In this document: piece by piece, positions 20,471 through 42,271 of the stretch
How positions within the stretch are numbered: position 1 is the first letter of the stretch
Layout of the letters: every line of letters begins with the position of its first letter
Assembly (NCBI GenBank): GCA_009914755.4
Contig: CP086569.2
Span: 224,001-288,000, forward strand
Reading direction: 5' to 3'
DNA length: 64,000 nucleotides
DNA from: the human T2T-CHM13v2.0 reference genome, Homo sapiens
The notes under the pieces: generated by a model
The model's input: only the letters and a program-made list of their open reading frames with translations
Databases searched by the model: none
Told to the model about the DNA's origin: nothing
Program-made: the position numbers and the translations under genes

Positions 20471-22795
20471 CGTGGCTTCTCCCGAGTAGCTGGGTGACGC
20501 TGTTTCTCCAGAGTAGCTGGGTGACGCGGTTCCTCCCGAGTATCTGGGTGACGCGGCTTCTCCAGAGTTTCTGGGTGACGCGGCTTCTCCAGAGTAGCTG
20601 GAGGATGCTGTTTCTCCCGAGTAGCTGGGTGACGCTGTTTCTCCAGAGTAGCTGGGTGACGCGGTTTCTCCCGAGTATCTGGGTGAGGCGGCTTCTCCAG
20701 AGTTTCTGGGTGACGTGGCTTCTCCAGAGTAGCTGGAGGATGCTGTTTCTCCCGAGTAGCTGGGTGACGCCGTTTCTCCCGAGTAGCTGGGTGACGCTGT
20801 TTCTCCCGAGTAGCTGGGTGACGCTGTTTCTCCCGAGTAGCTGGGTGATGTTGTTTCTCCGGAGTAGCTGGTGACGCCGTTTCTCCCGAGTAGCTGGGTG
20901 ACGCCGTTTCTCCCGAGTAGCTGGGTGACGCTGTTTCTCCCGAGTAGCTGGGTGATGTTGTTTCTCCGGAGTAGCTGGTGACGCTGTTTCTCCGGAGTAG
21001 CTGGTGATGCCGTTTCTCCAGAGTAGCTGGTGATGCCGTTTCTCCCGAGTAGCTGGGTGATGCTGTTTCTCCAGAGTAGCTGGTGACGCTGTTTCTCCAG
21101 AGTAGCTGGTGACGCTGTTTCTCCCGAGTAGCTGGGTGAAGCCGTTTCTCCAGAGTAGCTGGTGACGCCGTTTCTCCCGAGTAGCTGGTGACGCCGTTTC
21201 TCCCGAGTAGCTGGTGACGCCGTTTCTCCCGAGTAGCTGGTGACGCCGTTTCTCCCGAGTAGCTGGTGACGCCGTTTCTCCAGAGTAGCTGAGTGACGCC
21301 GTTTCTCCCGAGTAGCTGGTGACGCCGTTTCTCCCGAGTAGCTGGTGACGCTGTTTCTCCCGAGTAGCTGAGTGACGCCGTTTCTCCCGAGTAGCTGGTG
21401 ACGCCGTTTCTCCCGAGTAGCTGGTGATGCTGTTTCTCCCGAGTAGCTGGTGATGCTGTTTCTCCCGAGTAGCTGGGTGACGCCGTTTCTCCCGAGTAGC
21501 TGAGTGACGCCGTTTCTCCCGAGTAGCTGAGTGACGCCGTTTCTCCCGAGTAGCTGGTGACGCCATTTCTCCTGAGTAGCTGAGTGACGCCGTTTCTCCC
21601 GAGTAGCTGGTGACGCCGTTTCTCCCGAGTAGCTGGTGACGCCGTTTCTCCCGAGTAGCTGGGTGACGCCGTTTCTCCCGAGTAGCTGGTGACGCCGTTT
21701 CTCCCGAGTAGCTGGTGACGCTGTTTCTCCAGAGTAGCTGGTGACGCTGTTTCTCCCGAGTAGCTGAGTGACGCCGTTTCTCCCGAGTAGCTGGTGACGC
21801 CGTTTCTCCCGAGTAGCTGGTGACGCCGTTTCTCCCGAGTAGCTGGTGACGCTGTTTCTCCAGAGTAGCTGGTGACGCCGTTTCTCCCGAGTAGCTGGGT
21901 GAAGCCGTTTCTCCAGAGTAGCTGGTGACGCCGTTTCTCCCGAGTAGCTGGTGACGCCGTTTCTCCCGAGTAGCTGGTGACGCCGTTTCTCCCGAGTAGC
22001 TGGTGACGCCGTTTCTCCCGAGTAGCTGGTGACGCCGTTTCTCCCGAGTAGCTGGTGACGCCGTTTCTCCAGAGTAGCTGAGTGACGCCGTTTCTCCAGA
22101 GTAGCTGGTGACGCCGTTTCTCCCGAGTAGCTGGTGACGCCGTTTCTCCCGAGTAGCTGGTGACGCCGTTTCTCCCGAGTAGCTGGTGACGCCGTTTCTC
22201 CCGAGTAGCTGGTGACGCCGTTTCTCCAGAGTAGCTGGTGACGCTGTTTCTCCAGAGTAGCTGGTGACGCCGTTTCTCCCGAGTAGCTGGGTGATGTTGT
22301 TTCTCCGGAGTAGCTGGTGACGCCGTTTCTCCCGAGTAGCTGGTGACGCCGTTTCTCCCGAGTAGCTGAGTGACGCCGTTTCTCCAGAGTAGCTGAGTGA
22401 CGCCGTTTCTCCCGAGTAGCTGAGTGACGCCGTTTCTCCCGAGTAGCTGGTGACGCCGTTTCTCCCGAGTAGCTGGTGACGCCGTTTCTCCCGAGTAGCT
22501 GGTGACGCCGTTTCTCCCGAGTAGCTGGTGACGCCGTTTCTCCAGAGTAGCTGGTGACGCCGTTTCTCCCGAGTAGCTGGGTGACGCCGTTTCTCCCGAG
22601 TAGCTGGTGACGCCGTTTCTCCGGAGTAGCTGGTGACGCCGTTTCTCCCGAGTAGCTGGGTGACGCGGCTTCTCCCGAGTAGCTGGGTGACGCGGCTTCT
22701 CCCGAGTAGCTGGGTGACGCGGTTTCTCCAGAGTAGCTGGGTGATGCGGTTTCTCCCGAGTAGCTGGGTGACGCGGTTTTTCCTGAGTAGCTGGG

Positions 22796-22797
<2 letters not shown>
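20450..22797. repeat. Minisatellite/VNTR, 26/27-bp unit (c)gtttctcccgagtagctgg(g)tgacgc, ~88 copies, ~2.35 kb
   Basis: Uninterrupted array of cccgagtagctggtgacgccgtttct units with point variants (ccag/ccga, gctg/gccg, ggtg/gggtg/gagtg). The unit core equals the Alu motif cctcccgagtagctggg. All three frames on one strand are open (825, 784 and 400 aa ORFs), so these are repeat artefacts. Confidence 0.95.
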
Positions 22798-23945
<1,148 letters not shown>

Positions 23946-23965
23946 CTGGGGTGCAGCTAACTTGA

Positions 23966-24520
<555 letters not shown>

Positions 24521-24686
24521 TGACTGTGGGGTGCAAGGACCTGGTGGCCAGGTGGATCCCAGGCATTGCGATGGGCTCCACGGTGAGCTGTGGAAAAGAG
24601 CCTGGGTCCTGGATTTTATGTCTGGGAATCTGCTGACCACACTTGCCCAACTGCTTTACTCATAGTGGTAAAAGCAGCTACTTTTA

Positions 24687-25125
<439 letters not shown>

Positions 25126-25170
25126 TTGTTGATGTCTGCCCCAAAGCAGCTTGCTTTAGTTATAGTGTTA

Positions 25171-26182
<1,012 letters not shown>

Positions 26183-26449
26183 GCAATGACTCCCATTGCC
26201 GATTCAAAGAGCTTTTATGAATGTCTCAATATACTTGCCTAGCCTGTTTTTGGATTCAAACGCAAAGTTTTGTTCACCGTAGGTGGGAGATCAAGTTGGC
26301 AACAATAGTGTTCCAAGGTAATACACCCTGTATCTCAGAGAAATTGAAATATAACCATCTCAGAGGTTTTTTGTTTCTTTGGTTTTTTGAGACTGTCTCA
26401 AAGAAAAAAATTGAAACCCTGCTCCAGGGCTAGGAACCCACAAATTTGA

Positions 26450-26775
<326 letters not shown>

Positions 26776-26801
26776 TGATTTTATTTTTAAATTGTTTGTA
26801 G

Positions 26802-27092
26802 AGGCCAGGTGCAGTGGGTCTTGCCTGTAATCCCAGCACTTTGGGAGGCCGAGGCCGGTGGATTGCTTGAGCCCAGGAGTTCAAGACCAGCCTTGCCAGT
26901 ATGGCAAAACCTCATCTCTACTAAAAAAAAAAATACAAAAAAAAAATTAGCCAGGTGTGATGGTGTGTGCCTGTTATCCCAGCTACTCGGGAGAGTAAGG
27001 CAGGAGAATTGCTTGAACCTGGGAGGCGGACGTTGCAGTGAGCTGAGATCGTGGGTGACAGCGAAAGTCTGTCTCAAAAAGAAAAAAAAAAA
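26802..27092 (+). mobile_element. Alu SINE
   Basis: ggccaggtgcagtgggtcttgcctgtaatcccagcactttgggaggccgaggccggtggattgcttgagcc...A-tail. Confidence 0.85.
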
Positions 27093-28096
27093 TCAATGGT
27101 TTGTGAAAATACAGCCGGTGACCATGGACCCCCCTAGGCACAGCCTCAAGCCACCCAGAAGAAGATGGAAAAGGATTTTCTTTTAAATCAGCGAGATTTA
27201 AATAAGCATGGCGAGCACAGCTGGGAGGCCCCGCCAGGAATTCCGAAGGTTGAAAGGGGCCCTGTCCGCTCCCCCATCCTGGAAATAGTGTCCATGGAGC
27301 TGCGGAGTCCGGGTGGGCGCCGGGGACGAGCTTTCAACAGCTCACCCGGCCCCAACATTCCGTCCACACATTCCACGGCCAAGACAGTCGCCCCCTGCCA
27401 GGGATTAACCGAGGGCCACGCTTAGTGGCAGGAATGCACGCGCCCGATTTAGACATCCCGCTTGGCATCGGCGGTCAGGGTGGCTTGCAAAGGCCCGGGG
27501 TGGGTGGATGCCGGAGACGCTGGAGCTCTGAGGTCTACAGGAGGAATTGCTTTTCCGATGGGCTGGTCAGGGAGGAAGGAAGCTGGGGAGAAGCCGGGAG
27601 TCCCAGCCTCCACAATGCCTGCCCTTCCAAGACGAGCCAGGCCCCCCGGACAGGATGGCAGCCCCCCTCCAGGCCAGCATGACTTCAGGCCTGGGGAATG
27701 TGCCACCTTCCGAATTAGAAGGGCACTGGTTCCCACCCGCGGGGAACCGTAACACAGCGTCTCCCTCCTTCCTCCAGGACCCACGGCTGAGCTCGGAGCT
27801 GCCCGAGAGCTCGGGATGTGGGGTGCAGAGCAGAGGAGAAACCTCCCCCGACCCCGGGTCCTTGGGGCATAGGGTCTTTTTCAGGGCCATCTGCGGAAAG
27901 AGGACCTGCGTCTTTACCACCCGGGGGCCCTTGTCTTTGCTGCTCAGCTGTGTTTAGGTCCCCGTTGCTGGGTGATACTGGGGAGACGTAAACAGACCTC
28001 GGTCAGCCGGGGCTGGGGCAGGAGCAGGTGCAGCTGGACTCCAGGGCAGGGGCCGACTGCTGTACACAGTCATGCTGAAAAGCATGTCAAAAATAA

Positions 28097-28459
<363 letters not shown>

Positions 28460-28468
28460 TAATATATT

Positions 28469-28750
<282 letters not shown>

Positions 28751-29294
28751 CCTATTTTATTTTTATTTTTTGCAAGGAAGGAATGAAGGGATTTATTGAA
28801 AATGGAAGTACCCTCCACAGCGTGGGAGGAGACCGAGAAGAGGAGCTCAAAGACTAAAGGGACGGGCTTTTAAAGACATTTAATTAAAAGGAATTAAATT
28901 TCCCTTATGACATTTAGAAAAAAGTCAAGTCTAAATGGTACAAAACAGTCAGCTTGCTTTGTGCCTTGGCGGCCGCGTATGAAACATCATTAGAATAGAA
29001 CCGGAAGCATCTAGATTTTCACTTTTCACCCTGAAAGATGAAACAGAGATGAAAGCAGTCACCAATTTTCTCTAATTATTTTGCAATTAAGCGTCCGAGC
29101 ACCCCAGGTAGCGTGGACTCCCACAGCTCTTAAACCAAATACCTGACTTTCTGAAATTAATTATAAAAATGGATCAAGGGGTGGTTTTCACGTGGTGGCT
29201 GATGAATGCTTTCTGAGTCTTGTTTTCCTGTTTGTTTACCGTGGCACGTAAGACGTACAGAACATAAAATTCACCGTGTGAGCCATTTTTCGTT

Positions 29295-30205
<911 letters not shown>

Positions 30206-30383
30206 AAATCCCGCCTTTCATTTACACTGCCCCCACCCCTGCCCACCCCAGGGAAGGTCTTTATTCTTAAATCTGCCTTTCTGACCTCTCTTCCCAAATG
30301 TGTGTATTTCTAACAGATCTCCGAGTCCAGATCACGCACACCGTTTTCCATAATCCAGGGATTTGGAGCCGCCGGAGGGGTGA

Positions 30384-31310
<927 letters not shown>

Positions 31311-31544
31311 TGAGCTGTCCAGGAGGCTGACAGGGAGGACGTCCCTTCGGTATCCCCCTTTTGCCACAGAAGAGCCCGTGTGGACCCCTGAGTCCCGGAC
31401 CACCGGGCAGCCAAGGCCATCTTGGGGTCTCCGGATTGAGACCCCAAGAGAGGGTTCCTGGATCTCGTGCAAGAAAGAATTCACGGCAAGTTTGCAGTGC
31501 AAAATAAAAGCAAGTTTATTTAGAAAGTAAAATGGGGCCGGGCG

Positions 31545-32929
<1,385 letters not shown>

Positions 32930-33856
32930 ATTCGTTCCCTTGACCGTAAACGTCTGCAGGCGAGGAATCAGCCGTCAGTCAAGAGGGAGTCACTGCGGTT
33001 CATTCGCCTCTGACAACGGGTCCTCCCGGACGCCGCGTGGCTTGTTCTGAAGCCGGGCCGGAGACACCGTCTGGACCCCACGCTGCTCCCCAGGGCCGCC
33101 TCCAAGAGGATGCCCCACCGCAGGGAGCCGTGCAAACACCATAAATCCTGCTAATTGCCACCTTCCCGGCAGCCAGCATCCGTGGTCTCTCTATAGTGGC
33201 CTCACGGTCTCCAGCCAGGAGCTCGATCTTTGCTTCTGCACAAACATTACCGAGAAACGTCTGCAAACCCCGGGCGCCCGGCTCCCACATCACAGGCGCT
33301 GCGCCTCAGAACACAACTTGTTTCTGCCGATCCACCCCCCACCGCCGCCTCCCCGGGCACCTCGCCACGCAGGACGCTCCGGGCTTCCCGTAAGAACACC
33401 CGTGTCTGTGACCTGCGGGTGGGGTCACCTCCCCGGCCTGCATGCCAGGTGAGGCGGGGGGGGCTCACCTGGGGCTCTCACCTGCCCGAGGGGGTCCTGC
33501 CCACGGCTCTGCGACAGAATAGAATGATCAGGGCGATGCGTGGCAGTGCCCTCTCCCTGCCCCAGCCCGAGGGCACCTGTTCCCCTCCTATCTCAGCCAC
33601 TCTGCCCACGTCTGTCCCCACAAAACGCGGTCGGTGCAGCCCTGGGGCCCGGTCACCGTACCGCATCCTCCTGACAAAGACAGAAAGAAACCGGCTCTTT
33701 GATTCTAACATTAAAAAAAAAAGGGCTGCCTTCTGCTTGCAAAAGAAATGCACGCAGGCTGCTGGCAGAAAGTTCTGGAAGATGATAAAGGAAAAAAATA
33801 AATTAATTCGAGAAAACTTTGAGACGCCTAACAGCACAAATACCCTCAGTCTTTAG

Positions 33857-34650
<794 letters not shown>

Positions 34651-34663
34651 TAAATTTTGTTTT

Positions 34664-34978
34664 GGGCCAGGCGTGGTGGCTCACACCTGCAGTCCCAGCA
34701 CTACGGGAGGCCGAGGCACGAGGGTCGCTGGAGGCCAGGAGTTTGAGTCCCCCAGCCTGGGTAACGTAACGAGACCGTGTCTCTAAAAATCATAAAAGAC
34801 AGATCAGCTGGGCGTAGTGACACGGGTGCCTGTCGCCCCGGCTCCTGAAGAGGCTGAGGTGGGAGGATGGCTTTAGCCCAGGAGTTGGAGGCTGTAGCGA
34901 GCTGTGATCTCACCACCGCACTCCAGCCTGGGCGACAGAGCAAGATCTTGTCTCGAAAACAAAACAAAACAAAACACA
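34664..34978 (+). mobile_element. Alu SINE (AluJ-like) with (CAAAA)n tail
   Basis: gggccaggcgtggtggctcacacctgcagtcccagcactacgggaggccgaggcacgagggtcgctggagg...gcaagatcttgtctcgaaaacaaaacaaaac. Confidence 0.85.
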
Positions 34979-35049
34979 AAAATTTAAAAAACAGATTGAG
35001 AACCCTTGGCCCCCACCTCTTACCAGCTCAGTCACAATTGCAAACCAGA

Positions 35050-35656
<607 letters not shown>

Positions 35657-36480
35657 CAACTGTTTTCATGCTGCAGACAGCACACAGGCCAGGACGTCAG
35701 GGTCTCGTGAGGGGCCGTCGGAGAACGTCTAAGGGACGTCCCTGCATTCCTGGCTGGAGGTCCTGCGCCAGCGCCCTCCTTGTGAGAAAACTTTCGCTCT
35801 GCAAACTCTCAGAGCCCCCACCTGCTCCCGCCTCCCGTCTGTCCTGGTTCTTGGGACCCCGGAGCCTTCTCTCTCCAGACCTCCCAGGTCCTGACGGGAA
35901 TCCGGATAAACTCCTTGGGGCGAAGGTGTTAACGGCAGGGCCCCTGTCTAATGTATTTCGCCACCCAGATAAAATGAGTGTTTTCACAGCTGCCGTTAAT
36001 TTCTTACCCTGAGGAAGAAAGGAAGGACTTTGAGGCACCTGCGGCCGGGTTGGGGTGGGGCAGGGGGATTTCTGGACGCGGACGGCGTGTGGGGAGTTCC
36101 TGGGGTCCCCAGAGCCACACCACGTAGGTGGCAGCCGGCTCCGTCCTGCAAAGCCCCGGCTTCGGTGAAAGATTTATCACCTGCTCGGCCTCGGAGACGG
36201 GGAAGAAAAACACAGCCTGGAAGTGGTCCTGGCTGATGGACGGGCCCCTGGGGAGCTGTCCCCAAATGCGCGTCTTCTTTCTCCTTTCTGTCACAGCCTC
36301 CCGGCCCTGCCCTGGCTGAGTGGGGCTTTCAGTGAACGCTTGTTGAGTGTCCACGGAGCTGTGAGTGCTGTTCCGGGTGCTGGGTACGTGGTGGGGTGTG
36401 TGAGGTTCCCTCCTCTCTAGTGCAGAGATCAGGAGTGAGTAGACAAAGAAAATAGCATCTAACTGCTGCTTGTGATGAGT

Positions 36481-36779
36481 TTTTTTTTTTTTTTTTTTGA
36501 GACAGAGTCTTGCTCTTGTTACCCGGGCTGGAGAGCAATGGCGTGATCTTGGCTCACGGCAACCTCTGCTTCCGGGTTCAAGGCATCCTCCTGCCTCAGT
36601 CTCCCGAGTAGCTGGGAGTACAGGCACCTGCCACCACGCCTGGGTAATTTTGTATTTTTAGTAGAGACGGGGTTTCACCATGTTGGTCAGCCTGGTCTGG
36701 AACTCCTGACCTCAGGTGATCCATCCATCTCGGCCTCTTAAAGTGCTGGGATTACAGGCGTGAGCCGCCATGTCTGGCC
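36481..36779 (-). mobile_element. Alu SINE, 1 of 4 in a perfect head-to-tail tandem array
   Basis: poly-T, gagacagagtcttgctcttgttacccgggctggagagcaatggcgtgatcttggctcacggcaacctctgcttccgggttcaaggc...gagccgccatgtctggcc. Confidence 0.9.
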
Positions 36780-37082
36780 TTTTTTTTTTTTTTTTTTTTT
36801 TTTTTGAGATGGTCTTGCTCTCATTGCCCAGGCTGGAGTGCAATGGTGCAATCTTGGCTCACTGCAACTTCTGCTTCCGGGTTCAAGGCATCCTCCTGCC
36901 TCAGCCTCCCGAGTAGCTGGGATTACACGTGTGCACCACCATGCCCGGCTAATTTTGTATTTTTAGTAGAGACTGGGTTTCACTATCTTAGTTAGGCTGG
37001 TCTCGAACTCCCAACCTCATGATCTGCCCGCCTCAGCCTCCCAAAGTGCTGGGATGACAGGCATGAGCCACCGCACCTGGCC
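36780..37082 (-). mobile_element. Alu SINE, 2 of 4
   Basis: (T)27 gagatggtcttgctctcattgcccaggctggagtgcaatggtgcaatcttggctcactgcaacttctgcttccgggttcaaggc...gagccaccgcacctggcc. Confidence 0.9.
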
Positions 37083-37684
<602 letters not shown>

Positions 37685-37770
37685 CCTTCAGCATTTTTAA
37701 AATATCATTACCCCTTCAAAGACACCTCCAGGAGCAGCCAAAGTTGGTACCCTTGTTATTCCCCATCTCA

Positions 37771-38247
<477 letters not shown>

Positions 38248-38556
38248 TTAGGGTGGAGAGGAGGATGGCAAGGTGGAGGGTTGAAGGGTTTCCCAGCAGC
38301 CTGCAGGGCTGATTGGGAGCTCAGATACTCCATGACAAGGACAAAGGGAAGGGGTCTGTATGCAGCTGTGTCTCCGCTCTCTTTCTTGCTCAGAGCATGG
38401 AGACCTCGAGTCCAGCTTCCTTTGCGTGCGTAGGGGCCTCTCTGGGTGATGGAGCCCTCCCGAGTGGTAGGTTGGGAGAACCACAGAATTAACCGCACCC
38501 TCCAGAGTCTCTCCCAACCAAGGGCTGTCGACGGTGGGTGCATAAATACCTGGGAG

Positions 38557-38901
<345 letters not shown>

Positions 38902-39449
38902 TTAGGTGACCGCTGGGGACGGTACTGAGGGTTCCAGGCAGAGGAAAGCCACATCTGCATGCAGAGAAAACTCCAGTGGGGACAGAGGGGGTGCATCGTG
39001 TTTAGAAGCCACGTGGGGGGCGGGGGGGCAGGTGTGTCTCATCGCACACGTGTGAACGGAGTGCCGGGGGCCCCTCTTCTCCTGAGCCCCCAAAGGCACG
39101 AGCCGGTGGGTCTCGGGAGTTGTGGGGCGATTCCTGGAGGTGGCTCTGTGCAAAGTGTTGTCATATCAGCCAGGAAAACACCCCCTTGCCACAGCCTCAA
39201 GTCAACCCAATCTCGTCTGAAAGGTTTGGATGGAGGTGGGGGGGTCCCTGGCTTCCGTCGCTGGAGCGGTGGCCGCAGGGCTGGTCTTCACTGTCATCGT
39301 GATGTCACCATCGTCCTCACGTTGGGTGTCTCCCTGGATTCTCGGCTCTCCAGGGAGGCGGCGACGGCCCATCCCACCAGCTGCCCACGGAGGCGGGGTC
39401 CCCGGGATGCAGGCTTGACCTCAGAGGAAAACCCACCTGAGCCATTCTA

Positions 39450-40296
39450 GGGGGAGGGGACACCAGGACCCCCCAAAGGCCTGGTCGGCTGAGGTCATGG
39501 TTCATCCCGGGGTTGGGGGAGGGGACACCAGGACCCCCCAGAGGCCTGGTCGGCTGAGGTCATGGTTCATCCCGCGGTTGGGGGAGGGGACACCAGGACC
39601 CCCCAAAGGCCTGGTCGGCTGAGGTCATGGTTCATCCCGGGGTTGGGGGAGGGGACACCAGGACCCCCCAGAGGCCTGGTCGGCTGAGGTCATGGTTCAT
39701 CCCGCGGTTGGGGGAGGGGACACCAGGACCCCCCAAAGGCCTGGTCGGCTGAGGTCATGGTTCATCCCGGGGTTGGGGGAGGGGACACCAGGACCCCCCA
39801 AAGGCCTGGTCGGCTGAGGTCATGGTTCATCCCGGGGTTGGGGGAGGGGACACCAGGACCCCCCAAAGGCCTGGTCGGCTGAGGTCATGGTTCATCCCGG
39901 GGTTGGGGGAGGGGACACCAGGACCCCCCAAAGGCCTGGTCGGCTGAGGTCATGGTTCATCCCGGGGTTGGGGGAGGGGACACCAGGACCCCCCAGAGGC
40001 CTGGTCGGCTGAGGTCATGGTTCATCCCGCGGTTGGGGGAGGGGACACCAGGACCCCCCAAAGGCCTGGTCGGCTGAGGTCATGGTTCATCCCGGGGTTG
40101 GGGGAGGGGACACCAGGACCCCCCAGAGGCCTGGTCGGCTGAGGTCATGGTTCATCCCGCGGTTGGGGGAGGGGACACCAGGACCCCCCAAAGGCCTGGT
40201 CGGCTGAGGTCATGGTTCATCCCGGGGTTGGGGGAGGGGACACCAGGACCCCCCAAAGGCCTGGTCGGCTGAGGTCATGGTTCATCCCGGGGTTGG
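39450..40296. repeat. 65-bp minisatellite, ~13 copies, with two alternating unit variants
   Basis: Unit gggggaggggacaccaggacccccca(a/g)aggcctggtcggctgaggtcatggttcatcccg(g/c)ggtt. Variant A (aaagg...ccggggtt) and variant B (agagg...ccgcggtt) alternate A-B-A-B-A-A-A-A-B-A-B-A-A. Confidence 0.95.
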
Positions 40297-40369
40297 AGCA
40301 GAACGGGCCGTGGAGGATGGGCTCAGGGAGTGTTTGTTCATGGCGTGAATTCACACGGAATCTTCCTGC

Positions 40370-40465
40370 CTCCCTCCTTCCTTCCTTCTTTCCTCCCTCC
40401 CTCCGTCCTTTCCTTCCCTCCTTCCTTCCAATTTCCTCCCTCTCTCCCTCCCTGCCTTTCTTTGT
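40370..40465. repeat. (CCTTCC)-rich polypyrimidine tract
   Basis: ctccctccttccttccttctttcctccctccctccgtcctttccttccctccttccttcc... Confidence 0.85.
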
Positions 40466-40782
40466 GGACAGCCTGGCATCTGCACCGTGTCCTGGCTGAG
40501 CCTCCTACCAGCTCTGTGGCCTCGGTGGGGGGGGGGGTGCGTGTCTCACCATCTTTGCACCTCAGCTTCCCCATCTGTGACGCAGGGACGGCAACAGGCA
40601 CCCCTCGAGGTCACCCCTCCAGCATTTGTTTACAGCCGTCTCACATGAACTTAGATCCATGGAAGAGCGTCACCCTGACTCGTCGACCTGCAAAAACAGC
40701 CCAGGACAGAGAGGGGGGCCCTTGGGATGGTGGCGGCCGGGACCCGAGGCTGTTGTCCGGTCGTAGAGCCTTAGAGGCTGTT
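40466..40782 (+). repeat. Copy 1 of a ~315-bp direct repeat (partner at 44341-44652)
   Basis: ggacagcctggcatctgcaccgtgtcctggctgagcctcct(a/g)ccagctctgtggcctcg...catctttgcac...ccccatctgtga.gcagggacggcaacaggcacccctcgaggtcacccctccagcatttgtttacag...tctcacatgaacttagatccatggaa.agcgtcaccctgactcgtcga.ctgcaaaaac.gcccaggacagagaggggggcccttgggatggtggcggccgggacccgaggctgttgtccggtcgtaga is shared by both copies. Confidence 0.9.
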
Positions 40783-40849
40783 GGCGGTGTAGACGCGGGT
40801 CCCAGGCTGCAAGCTGCCTCTCTCCTCTGCCTCAGGCTCTTCTTTTCTA

Positions 40850-41137
40850 TTTATTTATTTTTAAGACAGGGTCTCGCTCTGTCACCCAGGCTGGAGTGCA
40901 GTGGTGCCATCTCGGCTCACAGCAGCCTCCAACTCCTGGGCTCAAGCCGTCCTCCCGCCTCAGCCTCCCGAGCAGCGGAGACCACAGGCATGTGCCCGGC
41001 TAATTTTCTAATGTTTTGTAGAGATGACGTCTTTGCTATGTTGCCCAGGCTGGTGTTGAACTCCTGGGCTCAAGGCCTCCTCTCGCTCTGGTCTCCCAAA
41101 GTGCTGGGATTAGAGGTGTGAGCCACCGCGTCTGGCC
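40850..41137 (-). mobile_element. Alu SINE
   Basis: aagacagggtctcgctctgtcacccaggctggagtgcagtggtgccatctcggctcacagcagcctccaactcctgggctcaagcc...gagccaccgcgtctggcc. Confidence 0.85.
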
Positions 41138-41189
41138 AAGACGTCTTTTGGGGGGGGACATAATTCTCAACCAAATTGCCTCTGTCTCT

Positions 41190-41211
41190 TCTTCTCACTC
41201 TCTCTCTCTCT

Positions 41212-41247
<36 letters not shown>

Positions 41248-42050
41248 CTTGTATGTATATACGCATTTATACAGGTGTGGAGGTGTTTGTGTATATATAG
41301 ATATATATGATATATACGTATATTTAAACCATTAGAACATGATTTCCATTGCTAATATTTCAGTGAATATCTCTTTTCTAGCTCTAACTCCACACACACA
41401 CACAGACACACAGACACACCCCTTGTATGTATATATGCATTTATACAGGTGTGGAGGTATTTGTGCATACAGAGATATATATGATAAATAGGTATATTTA
41501 AACCATTAAAAGATGATTTTCATGGCTGACATTTCAGTAAATATTTCTCCTCTCTCCCTCTGTCCACACACACACAGCTTGTATGTATATACGCATTTAT
41601 ACAGGTGTAGAGGTATTTGTGCATATAAAGATGTATATGAGATATATGTCTGTTTAAACCATTAGAAGATGATTTTGATGGCTGATATTTCAGTGAGTAA
41701 CTCTCCTGTCTTTCTCTCTCTCTCTCTCTACACACACACACGGCTTGTATGTATATATGCATTTATACAGGTGTGGAGGTGTTTGTGCATATATAGATAT
41801 ATATGATATATACGTATATTTAAGCCATTAGAACATGATTTCCATTGCTAATATTTCAGTGAATATCTCTTTTCTAGCTCTAACTCCACACACACACGCA
41901 GACACACAGACACACCCCTTGTATGTATATATGCATTTATACAGGTGTGGAGGTATTTGTGCATATAGAGATATATATGATCTAGATGTATATTTAACCC
42001 ATTAGAAAATGATTTTCATGCTGATAGTACTTCAGTGAATATCTCTTAAA
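41190..42050. repeat. ~185-190-bp tandem repeat, ~4.6 copies, each unit containing a (CA)n core
   Basis: Units (ct)n(ca)n...gcttgtatgtatata(c/t)gcatttatacaggtgt(g/a)gaggt(g/a)tttgtg(t/c)ata.a.agat.tatatgatatat.c.tatatttaaaccattagaa.atgatttccattgctaatatttcagtgaatatctc recur five times. Confidence 0.9.
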
Positions 42051-42271
42051 AATATTGATCGCACACGTCCCTCATGAAAAGCAATGGTTCCCTAAACACA
42101 GACTGTCTGGTCCATCTCGGAGTTTCCACAGTCGTGACTCACATGCAAGCAATGTACAACTATGGCAGGGCTGGGCTCCTTCCCTCCCAGACAGGCTCAA
42201 GGTTATGCTCCCTGTGCCGGGATCAGAATCTGGAATCAGGACGGCCACTCCAGTGACATGAAAGGCACACG

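Noticed and set aside
33230-33856. 208-aa ORF in Alu-free GC-rich DNA
   Set aside because: I see no recognisable domain or family signature. The composition is Arg/Pro/Ser-rich, typical of a GC-rich random ORF, and no splice-site-bounded structure is evident. Protein-level or cross-species evidence would be needed before calling it.
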